The notes beneath the pieces were generated by a model that was not told the origin of the DNA, did not search any database, and worked only from the letters and a program-made list of their open reading frames with translations. Shown here one piece after another: positions 49,001 through 55,842 of a stretch of DNA of 55,842 nt. This DNA is from Gemmatales bacterium (GTDB lineage Bacteria; Planctomycetota; Planctomycetia; Gemmatales; Gemmataceae): contig JBBRUN010000001.1 of the NCBI GenBank assembly GCA_038247765.1, positions 1 through 55,842 on the forward strand, read 5' to 3'. The position numbers were made by a program, and so were the translations under genes. Position 1 is the stretch's first letter, and each line of letters begins with the position of its first letter.

Positions 49001-51070
49001 ATCGCGGCGCTCGGTAAACAAGGCTTCGGCAAATCGGCCCGCTACGGCGAAAGCGAAAACAAACCGGCCGTACTCTCCGGCTTGATCAAGAAGTGCGTGC
49101 CTCTGCCGGAAGACACCCCGGAGGCCTTCGCCGCCGATGCGAAAGCGGCCGTGGCAGCCGGGCAATTCGAAATCGACCGAATCGTCGAGCTCGGCTTGGT
49201 CAACCCGCGTTGGGTCGCGCACGCCGCCGCCGCGATCAAATGGCCCGGCTACGCCGAGGCCGTCTACTGGTTCATGGCCCACACCGAGAACAACTGGGGC
49301 AACGCCCTCAACACCGAAGTCGAAACCGACGACGATGACGACGATGCTCCGAAGGCCAAGCCGGAGTCGGTCTGGCAGACCATCGTGAAAGCCCGCACGA
49401 ACCTCTCGGCCGAGCAACGGGCCGACGGGTTGATCGACGTAGTTTGGTTCCATAAGGCCTATGCCGAGGTCGGCAGCGCCAAGCGCTGGGACGCCATCGA
49501 AGACGCGGCCAAGTTCCTCGGCTACGGCCAGGGGCACAAGAAGGCGGCCCGCCTCGCCGATGTGCTGCTCGGCAAAACCAAGAAGAAGGATCTGGTCGGC
49601 GACATCCGCAAGAAGTTCCTCAAAGAGGCGGTGCGGCACCTCGGGCTGTTGCCGTTGCCCGAAGACGCCGCGAAGAAAGAAGTCGAACTCGCCGACCGGT
49701 ATAAGGTGCTGAAGGAGTACGAACGCTACGCCCGCGGGCTCAGTTCGCTGTCGAAAGAACCGGCGCTGCAAGCGGCCCGCCTCGGCATGGAGAACCTCGC
49801 CGTGACCGCCGGGTACGCCGACCCCGTGCGATTGGAGTGGGCCGTGACCGCCCGCGAAGTCGCCGACTTGGCCAAGGGCCCGGTCGCCGTCGCGGTCAAG
49901 AACGTCGCTGTGATTCTCACACTCAACGCCGACGCCGAGACGGAGATCGTTTACACCAAAGACGGCAAACCGCTGAAGTCGTTGCCCGCCGACGCGAAGA
50001 AACTCGACAAAATCGCCGAGGTTCTGGAACGGAAGAAAAACCTCACGCGATTGGCGTCGAGCACGAAGCGCTCGCTCGAACAAGCGATGTGCTCCGGCGA
50101 CCTCTTCCGCGCGGCGGAACTGAAAACGCTGATGGAGCACGCCCTCGTGCGGCCGCTGCTCGAACGGCTCGTGCTGAAGACACCGGCCGGTTTGGGCTAT
50201 CCTGCCAAGGGCGGCGCGGCGTTGAAAAACTGGGACGGGAAATCGATCACGGTGAAAGCTGCGGACGAATGGTCGATCGCGCACCCGCTCGATCTCCTCG
50301 CCGCCGGCGACTGGCACGACTGGCAAGCCGAGTGCTTCCGCACCGAACGCCGGCAGCCGTTCAAACAGATCTTCCGCGAAATCTACGTTCTCACGCCGGC
50401 GGAGAAGGAGGACATCGACAAATCCCGCCGCTATTCCGGGCACCAGGTAAATGAGCAGCAGTCGAAGGCGCTCTTCGCGGGTCGCGGTTGGTCCACGAGG
50501 GAGGATATCAGCAAGCTCTATCGGTCGGCGAATCTCGTCGTCAGTGTCGATTTCGACCACGGCTATTCGACCCCGGCCGATGCTGCGGCGCCGGCCATTC
50601 GCGAGGCCGTGTTCCACCGCCGGGGCGACTGGAAGAAGCTGCCGCTGGCCGACGTGCCGAAGTTGATCTTCAGCGAAGTGATGCGCGATCTAGATCTCGT
50701 GGTGAGCGTCGCCCACGTCGGCGGGGTCGATCCCGAAGCGTCGCAATCGACCGTGGCGATGCGCGCCGACCTCGTCCGCGAAACCTGCCGGCTGTTGCAG
50801 TTGGCGAACGTCTCGCTCGACAGCAAACATGCCCTCATCAAAGGGGAGTACGGCCAGTACTCGGTGCACCTCGGCAGCGGGGTCGTGCACAAGCAACCGG
50901 GCGGGTCGCTGTGCGTCGTGCCGGTGAACGCCCAGCACCGCGGCCGGTTGTTCCTCCCGTTCGCCGACGACGACCCGCGCACGGCCGAGATGGTGTCGAA
51001 GGTGCTGCTGCTGGCGCGGGATCACGAGATCCAAGATCCGACGATCTTGTCGCAGATCGTGGCGAAGTGA
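46013..51070 (+). CDS. Giant (1685 aa) helical-repeat protein with C-terminal DUF4132/MolR-like region
   Basis: GTG start at 46013. The C-terminal third contains RSLEQAMCSGDLFRAAELKTLMEHALVRPLLERLVL, RRQPFKQIFREIYVLTPAE, FAGRGWSTRE, FSEVMRDLDLVVSVAHVGGVDPEASQST, YSVHLGSGVVHKQPGG. I recognise these as the DUF4132 family (E. coli YehI/MolR type) from memory. Three poly-Asp patches (DEDDDDRK, EDDDDDENK, ETDDDDDDAPK). Confidence 0.8.
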   Translation: MLKPDLAREQLAVLKSKKHKQARITRLQKLPKALAATGLGLFGLLPTGLQPKEWTDRHKLQASSAVQLRSDAKGRAKIIAALFPTIAADVEAGWQLLGRLPYTSGYNRRGFRAPNRPEIYASSRQRYLNQLFDELAEVPDDVLSAEWIAAWAVHLGYRTDEFGYLLAGVIDAGGQTADTVLTILQDSAANRHEIGGPGRHATRGLLCCSQPAAWDFCEKLLIAAQRQEGLRQTILEAVDEAHPEAFQRMVSLVLDQNLIRFASVARAAGVWFGEQEEVENPKKLKADLEACRDLLGDPAARKKAVEKGDAVTAYRGLWAMAFEDIEVAIQAATPLLKDKDAARRFAAVKLIGESGLPEATKLELPLLDDADLRVVSSVLGSLRNQDDDADDHTPKDLFERLEKLIPKLPEKRKELKPLVPAWPVRDLGQEDAADRLLGSLGQRPAERLLPYLPMMSQYQRVHALAKVCEPRTLSTKVRQTLLAIAGEPNRYVRESALKHLKKSKLAEDEVQTLEGYLTRKVADFRRSIFELLLNRTDKLVVGTIDRLLGAGDGNQRAAGIELSRRMVDDERMAEPIRERLRDYREAKGKRLSSTEAEAIEIVLNPASRPPTLEDGLGLYDPADRSSVVEPEKKKVKFVTPAAVAFLKELDEFIHEHRATTFVNIRHGQNSENVLGSITYSWYFPGPDNKLTAEEDRPFLPLLDLWEGWWKDRPAKTRDADGFELLRAIAVPKVAIREGDSDDFIDEDDDDRKAKPNPAQASFRKVCGQILSDKPVGLRYEGLISQLLSWFIKLYPAKGATAFVLDAAETALAYAPQDVLDQTPLADPPEVEDDDDDENKSFEWRDHQAFLIWLAFADQARRAPDWMPAHDVRLFQLYRWRDEPIPGVTRHRPELDVVLAGYAAGAATLADFQDHLIGPRSKQRWGRDGFQSLGTLSHGPRREYPLVEERPELRAAVDAIVARVIEIELVRGETPTAATNPANDIGRISGREILFRLIAALGKQGFGKSARYGESENKPAVLSGLIKKCVPLPEDTPEAFAADAKAAVAAGQFEIDRIVELGLVNPRWVAHAAAAIKWPGYAEAVYWFMAHTENNWGNALNTEVETDDDDDDAPKAKPESVWQTIVKARTNLSAEQRADGLIDVVWFHKAYAEVGSAKRWDAIEDAAKFLGYGQGHKKAARLADVLLGKTKKKDLVGDIRKKFLKEAVRHLGLLPLPEDAAKKEVELADRYKVLKEYERYARGLSSLSKEPALQAARLGMENLAVTAGYADPVRLEWAVTAREVADLAKGPVAVAVKNVAVILTLNADAETEIVYTKDGKPLKSLPADAKKLDKIAEVLERKKNLTRLASSTKRSLEQAMCSGDLFRAAELKTLMEHALVRPLLERLVLKTPAGLGYPAKGGAALKNWDGKSITVKAADEWSIAHPLDLLAAGDWHDWQAECFRTERRQPFKQIFREIYVLTPAEKEDIDKSRRYSGHQVNEQQSKALFAGRGWSTREDISKLYRSANLVVSVDFDHGYSTPADAAAPAIREAVFHRRGDWKKLPLADVPKLIFSEVMRDLDLVVSVAHVGGVDPEASQSTVAMRADLVRETCRLLQLANVSLDSKHALIKGEYGQYSVHLGSGVVHKQPGGSLCVVPVNAQHRGRLFLPFADDDPRTAEMVSKVLLLARDHEIQDPTILSQIVAK

Positions 51071-51103
51071 TGGCGCGATGCCTTCTGTCGTGGCGACCAG
51101 TTT

Positions 51104-51132
51104 CCGACTCGCCGACAGTGTCGGCGAGTCGG
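51104..51132. terminator. Perfect 14-bp palindrome between convergent genes
   Basis: ccgactcgccgaca g tgtcggcgagtcgg, lying between the stops at 51070 (+) and 51142 (-). Confidence 0.55.
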
Positions 51133-51141
51133 CCATCGGAA

Positions 51142-54100
51142 TCACTTCGTCAGCTTGAGTTCTTCCTTGCTGGTGATGGCGAAGTAGAACCCGTGTGGAT
51201 TATCCCCGTTGCTTACCTTCAGCAGGATCGTGTTCATCCCCTTCTTGAGTTTCACTTTCACGTTGTCCTGCTCCGGCGCTGCGGCCACCGCCTTATCGTG
51301 GCCGAAAACTTTCTCGCCGTTGACGAACAATCGGCAGCCGTCGTCGGTGCCGAGGAGGATCGTCGCTTCTTGGTCGACGGGGCTTTCGATGGTGCGCGTC
51401 ATCACGCTAACCGAGTTCGCACCCTTGGCCCCGTGGAACGCGGCCAAGTCGACGTAGCCAGTTTGCGATGTCTTCACGGTTGCCCACGGCAGTTTTTCGA
51501 GTGAACCGAAATCGTCTTCCAGCTTCTTCGCCACTGGCCCCAGGATTTGCCAGTTATCCGGCGTCAGCGACGGCGTCTGCAACTTGCTGAGGTACTCGAC
51601 CACATCGACGAGTTCGTCTTCGGTCAGCGTCGCCACGAGAGCTTCGGGCATGATGCTCGTGAGCTGCTTCTTGCGCTCGGTGCCCTTCACCGGGAATTGG
51701 TAATCCTTGCCGTTGGCGTCGCGGATCGTCAATGTCGTTTCGGTCTCGCCGACGAGCAAGCCCGTGATGCTCTGGCCGTCTTCGCCATCGAGTTTCCAAC
51801 TCAGGTATTGATCCGCGATGGCTTTGCTCGGTTGGAACATCGATTCGTACAGGTTCTCTTTGGTCGCTTTCTTGCCGACCATGCTGAGGTCGGGGCCGAT
51901 GCTGCCGCCTTGGCCACGGACCATGTGACACTTCATGCACTGCACTTCGGACGTCAGCGACTTGGCCATCACGGCTTTGCCGTTGTCGGCGTTGCCGACG
52001 CGCTTGGCGAGTTCGGTTATTGCTGGGAGCTTCTTGGGGTCGAGCTTGCCGGGGGCAGGGAAGGCGAGCGCGGCCTTATTACGAAGATCCTGGAAAGGAG
52101 TGTTGCGAAGCAGCCGGCCGACGAGCGGCGCCATTGACTCGGGCAGGCCGCCCCGCTCCTTGATCGCCAGCAGCCATTGCGTGCCCACCCGCGAGCCGGC
52201 CAATCCTTCGATGGCGGTGTTGCGCGTTTCCGCGTCGGCGTCCTTTGCCAGCACCACGCCCGAGAGCAGGTCCACCGCGTCCTTCTGCACCTGCCCCTGG
52301 CTCTTGCCCGCGAGCGCGGCGACGGCCCGGTAGACTTCGCCCTTCGATTCCTTCGCGCCGTCGGCGTCTAGGAGTTTGCGCAGGGCCGCGAAGGATTCCG
52401 CGCTCGGCAGTTGGCCCAGCGTGCGGATCGCGTCCCGGCGGAGGTCGGCGGACTTGGAGTTGCCCGCGAGCGCGGCGATGGCCGCGGTGCGGTCGGTCGC
52501 ATTCGCGGCGGCAACCAACTGCAAGCCCACGGGGGCGAGTTTGTCGTCGGCCAGCAATTTGTCGAGAGCGGCCCCGAGTTCCGTGCCTTTCTTGAGGGCC
52601 GACCACTTCGTCGGCAGGAACAACTTCAAGCTTTCGAAAGCACGGGCTTTCGCTTCAGGGCTGGCGTCGGACGCCAACATCGTCAGCATCGTTTTCCCGG
52701 CGGAAATGTCGTCGCTGGAGGCGATGATGTCGACGATGCGGGCCTTCTGCATCGCGGTGATCTTCGGATCGGCCAGCAGCTTTTCCATCTTCGGCAGCAT
52801 CGACTTCGGCCGGAGTTCCCAGACGAGATCGGCGACCTTGTCGTTCCATTCGGGAAAGTGTTTCTCGAAGTCGGCGAGGATTTTGTCCCGGCGTTCGGGA
52901 TCGGTCCCGCAGGCGATATTCAGCGCGGCGCGGTAGAAGATGTCTTTGCCGTCGTAGAGCTTGGCGAGCGTGTAGAAAAGGGGAATTAGTCGTTCGGCAG
53001 AAGCATCTCGACTCATAAGTAGCATTTCGCTCCAAATCTCCGGGCCGGTTTGTACGATTGAAGCGAACCACTTTTCTTGTTGGGGTCTCGGATCGGCAGG
53101 TGTGACTCCAATAACATATTGTCCCCGCAGTACGGCACATTTGAGTTCGATGGTCCCGGCCTGGCGCTTGCCGAATTCAATCATCGAAGTGGCGATCCGT
53201 TCGCCTTCCTCTTTGGTCAGTTCCTCTACGGGTTTTTTACCATTGCTGATCCGGCTCATGTGCACAAAAGCCCAGGTAGCACGTGCAGCATCCTGTATGA
53301 ATGGCGCGTTCAAACCATCAGCTAATGCGAGAACGCCCGCTTTAGTCGGCGTTGCGTAGCTATACAATGCCAGCGAACGAGTCGTCAAGTTTGGGCTTGT
53401 CAGGGCCGCCAGTACCCCTTCTTTCGTATCCAGCTTCACCTCCGGCACCTTATACCCCTTGTGCCCCTTCGGAGTCAGCCGGTAGATGCGCCCGTCATTC
53501 GGGTCGCCCATACCGTGGCCGCCGACGCCGCGGTCGTACCAGTCGGCCACGAAGACGCTGCCATCCGGGGCCGTGCACACATCGCTCGGCCGGAAAAAAT
53601 TGTCGCCGCTGGTCAGGATCACTTCCTTGTCGAGTTCGTAGCCCGCGCCCTTGGGCTTGCGCGTGAACGCCCGCACTTCCTTGGGGCCGGCGTCGCAATG
53701 CAGCAGCGTGCCGGTGTATTTTTTGCCGAGCAGACTGCCTTCGTAAAACTGAATGCCCGTCGGGCTGCCGAAGCCGGTGCGGAGCGTCTTGTGGACGATG
53801 CCGGGCTGCTCCTCGTGCCAGTGGCTTTGGCCGGCGCCGCGCGGGAAGTAGCCGTAGTTGCCGCCGGGCATGACGTGGCAGATGCGGGTCTGTTGGTTGC
53901 CGTCGTCGTCGTTGTCGGAGAGCCAGATTTCGCCGAAGCTATCGACGCACGCTTCGTAGTTGTTGCGGAAGTTGTGGGCGATCAGTTCGAGCTTCGTGCC
54001 GTCGAGGTCGCAACGCCAGACGGTCCCACCCTGGCAGTCGGTGCGGTTCGAGTCGAACTTCCGGCCTTTGCCGTCCGACGCTTGCAGCCCCTTCACCCCT

Positions 54101-54660
54101 TGGTCGCCGACGGTGAAGTAGAGTTTGCCGTCAGGCCCGAGGTGCAAGCCGTGGACGCCGTGATCGTGGTCGAACCCGCCGAAACCGGTGAGGAACTTTT
54201 TCGGCGGCCCATCGGCCACCGGGTTGGTCGCGTCTTTGCAGGCGAACTCCAGAATATCCGGCGATTGGGCCACCAGCACGCGGTACCCTTTGCCCACGGG
54301 GATGACGCAGACGCTCAGCGGCCCGTAGAGTTCCTTGCCTTGGTAGAAGGTCACGGCCTTGGTCGCCTTCCCTTCGCCCTTCTCGTCGATGAGCACTTGG
54401 ATGCGGTCGCCTTCTTTGCGGAGGATCGGCCGGTTGAAATTCTTCCTGCGGTAGTTGACCGCTTCGGAGACCCAAACCCGGCCTTTGTCGTCCACGTCGA
54501 TCGAGGTCGGATTGATGACCATCGGCTCCGCGGCGAAGAGTTCGACTTGCAACCCCTCCGCCGGCTTCATCGCGGCCAAGCCCTTCTCGGGTGAGAGCTG
54601 GGCGGAGGCGGACAAAGCGAAAAGGGGCAAGAGTGCGAGGGAGAGGAACCGGCGGATCAT
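51142..54660 (-). CDS. PVC-type heme-binding CxxCH protein (membrane-bound-dehydrogenase-like beta-propeller + HEAT repeats + cytochrome c motif + C-terminal beta-sandwich)
   Basis: Start at ATG 54660 (MIRRFLSLALLPLFALSASA). N-terminal GLQVELFAAEPMVINPTSIDVDDKGRVWVSE is typical of the planctomycetal/verrucomicrobial dehydrogenase-like domain. CxxCH in EVQCMKCHMVRGQGGSIGPDLS. HEAT-like repeats lie between them. Confidence 0.85.
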   Translation of the reverse strand: MIRRFLSLALLPLFALSASAQLSPEKGLAAMKPAEGLQVELFAAEPMVINPTSIDVDDKGRVWVSEAVNYRRKNFNRPILRKEGDRIQVLIDEKGEGKATKAVTFYQGKELYGPLSVCVIPVGKGYRVLVAQSPDILEFACKDATNPVADGPPKKFLTGFGGFDHDHGVHGLHLGPDGKLYFTVGDQGVKGLQASDGKGRKFDSNRTDCQGGTVWRCDLDGTKLELIAHNFRNNYEACVDSFGEIWLSDNDDDGNQQTRICHVMPGGNYGYFPRGAGQSHWHEEQPGIVHKTLRTGFGSPTGIQFYEGSLLGKKYTGTLLHCDAGPKEVRAFTRKPKGAGYELDKEVILTSGDNFFRPSDVCTAPDGSVFVADWYDRGVGGHGMGDPNDGRIYRLTPKGHKGYKVPEVKLDTKEGVLAALTSPNLTTRSLALYSYATPTKAGVLALADGLNAPFIQDAARATWAFVHMSRISNGKKPVEELTKEEGERIATSMIEFGKRQAGTIELKCAVLRGQYVIGVTPADPRPQQEKWFASIVQTGPEIWSEMLLMSRDASAERLIPLFYTLAKLYDGKDIFYRAALNIACGTDPERRDKILADFEKHFPEWNDKVADLVWELRPKSMLPKMEKLLADPKITAMQKARIVDIIASSDDISAGKTMLTMLASDASPEAKARAFESLKLFLPTKWSALKKGTELGAALDKLLADDKLAPVGLQLVAAANATDRTAAIAALAGNSKSADLRRDAIRTLGQLPSAESFAALRKLLDADGAKESKGEVYRAVAALAGKSQGQVQKDAVDLLSGVVLAKDADAETRNTAIEGLAGSRVGTQWLLAIKERGGLPESMAPLVGRLLRNTPFQDLRNKAALAFPAPGKLDPKKLPAITELAKRVGNADNGKAVMAKSLTSEVQCMKCHMVRGQGGSIGPDLSMVGKKATKENLYESMFQPSKAIADQYLSWKLDGEDGQSITGLLVGETETTLTIRDANGKDYQFPVKGTERKKQLTSIMPEALVATLTEDELVDVVEYLSKLQTPSLTPDNWQILGPVAKKLEDDFGSLEKLPWATVKTSQTGYVDLAAFHGAKGANSVSVMTRTIESPVDQEATILLGTDDGCRLFVNGEKVFGHDKAVAAAPEQDNVKVKLKKGMNTILLKVSNGDNPHGFYFAITSKEELKLTK

Positions 54661-54730
54661 TGGGGAAAGCTCCGAAGGCGGGGAGGATCTCAGGGAATGA
54701 TAGCGTAACCGAAAGCAGATTGGGACAGCA

Positions 54731-54841
54731 GAAGATTTCACCGCAGAGAAACAAGGGACGCGGAGACCGAACCGATCGGGTTTTCATGCTGAAAAATCTT
54801 GTTGACTCCGCGTTCTCTTCTTTCTCTGCGGTGAAATCTTC
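54731..54841. repeat. Long inverted repeat spanning the divergent promoter region
   Basis: gaagatttcaccgcagagaaa (54731-54751) is the exact reverse complement of tttctctgcggtgaaatcttc (54821-54841). An inner 8-bp pair, acgcggag / ctccgcgt, extends it. Confidence 0.85.
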
Positions 54842-54888
54842 TTCGATGTCGGTCGTATGATGTTGGGAACGGGACAAGGATCCACACC

Positions 54889-55734
54889 ATGCCGACGCCG
54901 GAACGGATGTTGACGACCCTGAAGCGGGCCACCGAGTTCGTGAAACTCACTCCCGGCCGCACGGGGCACTTCGTCGAACTGCGGGATTCGGCCGATGTCC
55001 TCGTCGCAGGGGATTTGCACGGCCACATCGCCAATTTCCAAGTCATTCTCCAAGCCGCCGATTTGGCGAACCACCCGCAGCGGCACCTCGTGCTGCAGGA
55101 AGTCGTGCACAGCGCCTTCCGCTACCCGACGGGCGGGGACAAATCGCATCAGTTGCTCGATTTGTTCGCCGCGCTCAAGTGCCAATACCCGACGCGGGTG
55201 CATTTACTGCCGGGCAATCACGAACTGGCGCAGATGACCGGCCGGCCGATCGGCAAAGGGAACGAATCGCAGAACCAAGTGTTCGTCGAAGGAATCAAAG
55301 CCGCCTACGGCACCGCCTGGGCCGAGATCGAGAAGGCCTATTACGAACTGCTGCGGGCACTGCCGTTGGCCTACCGGACGCCGAACCGCGTGTTCCTCAG
55401 CCACACGCTGATCCCCGGCAAGCAATTGAACACGTTCCACATGCTGCAATTGAAACAGGAAGCCTACGCCGACAGCGATTACGCCCCCGGCGGTATGCCG
55501 TATGGAATCACGTGGGGTCGCGATACTTCGCAAGAGACAGCCGAGGAATTCTTGCGGATCGTCGATGCGGATTTGTTGATCAGCGGGCACATCCCGACGG
55601 ATACCGGCCACGAGGTGCCGAACACGAAGCAGTTGATCGTGGATTGCTCGGCTTCGCCGGCGGCATACGTCCTGTTCCCGACCGACCGGCGGTTGACACA
55701 GCAAGAATTGCTGGCGGGGGTGGTTCAATTTTGA
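54889..55734 (+). CDS. Metallophosphoesterase (PPP-family Ser/Thr phosphatase-like)
   Basis: VLVAGDLHGH and LLPGNHE motifs with the correct spacing. ATG at 54889 with a GGA-rich upstream region. Confidence 0.85.
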   Translation: MPTPERMLTTLKRATEFVKLTPGRTGHFVELRDSADVLVAGDLHGHIANFQVILQAADLANHPQRHLVLQEVVHSAFRYPTGGDKSHQLLDLFAALKCQYPTRVHLLPGNHELAQMTGRPIGKGNESQNQVFVEGIKAAYGTAWAEIEKAYYELLRALPLAYRTPNRVFLSHTLIPGKQLNTFHMLQLKQEAYADSDYAPGGMPYGITWGRDTSQETAEEFLRIVDADLLISGHIPTDTGHEVPNTKQLIVDCSASPAAYVLFPTDRRLTQQELLAGVVQF

Positions 55735-55842
55735 GTCGTTCGTCATGCGTCATTCGTCATTCGGGCTGCCGCAAGTCGGATATGCCCATGAGGCCGTGCG
55801 TCAGCACGAATGACGAATGACGAATGACGAATGACGAATGAC
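55735..55842. repeat. Heptamer-periodic inverted repeat (GTCATTC)n ... (GAATGAC)5, truncated by the window end
   Basis: Left arm: gtcgttc gtcatgc gtcattc gtcattc (55735-55762). Right arm: gaatgac x5 (55808-55842). It starts immediately after the stop at 55734, and the loop is about 45 nt. Confidence 0.85.

Noticed and set aside
46394-50617. Antisense ORFs 46394..48754 (786 aa) and 48806..50617 (603 aa), plus several Arg-rich alternative-frame ORFs inside the DUF4132 giant
   Set aside because: They are GC-driven open frames. The sense frame has the recognisable DUF4132-type motifs and is continuous over 5 kb.
1-55842. tRNA, rRNA, riboswitch, prophage or genomic-island signatures
   Set aside because: I saw no cloverleaf-like or rRNA-like sequence in the intergenic regions, and no integrase, transposase, capsid or terminase-like ORFs. 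A covariance-model scan would be needed to exclude small ncRNAs.

Overview
This is a high-GC (about 62-66% by hand counts), gene-dense chromosomal window whose gene content looks like Planctomycetota, probably Gemmatales-like (inference). The supporting gene types are a DUF1559/prepilin-type N-terminal protein, a PVC-type CxxCH heme-binding giant, and several secreted or membrane proteins of 1000-1700 aa. I call 29 CDSs, one possibly frameshifted small ORF, six hairpin terminator candidates, and nine repeat loci (six intergenic, one of them doubling as a terminator hairpin, plus two coding tandem repeats). I saw no tRNA, rRNA, CRISPR array, transposase or integrase.

The main blocks are:
- (1) 433-9046: a giant vWA protein, a DUF1559 protein, and a translationally coupled lipoprotein/membrane/TPR trio.
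- (2) 9098-15454: housekeeping-like genes (HExxH peptidase, PD-(D/E)xK-like protein, PepF, D-threonine-aldolase-like PLP enzyme).
- (3) 15693-20696: a 1667-aa beta-propeller/TPR protein.
- (4) 20868-44070: a 23-kb co-directional supercluster. It has a MoxR AAA+ ATPase, DUF58, a BatA_N protein and three further large membrane or secreted proteins. It ends in one catalytically intact and two degenerate HtrA-like proteases.
- (5) 44156-51070: an HNH endonuclease divergent from a three-gene operon of unknown function (stand-alone WGR protein, 140-aa protein, 1685-aa DUF4132/MolR-like giant).
- (6) 51142-55734: a heme-binding giant divergent from a metallophosphoesterase.

The best candidates for an undescribed system are the split WGR/DUF4132 operon and the expanded MoxR-vWA supercluster with its pseudoprotease tail. 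Recurrent heptamer-periodic inverted repeats and palindromic REP-like elements sit in intergenic positions. All family assignments come from motif recognition by eye. No database search was run.
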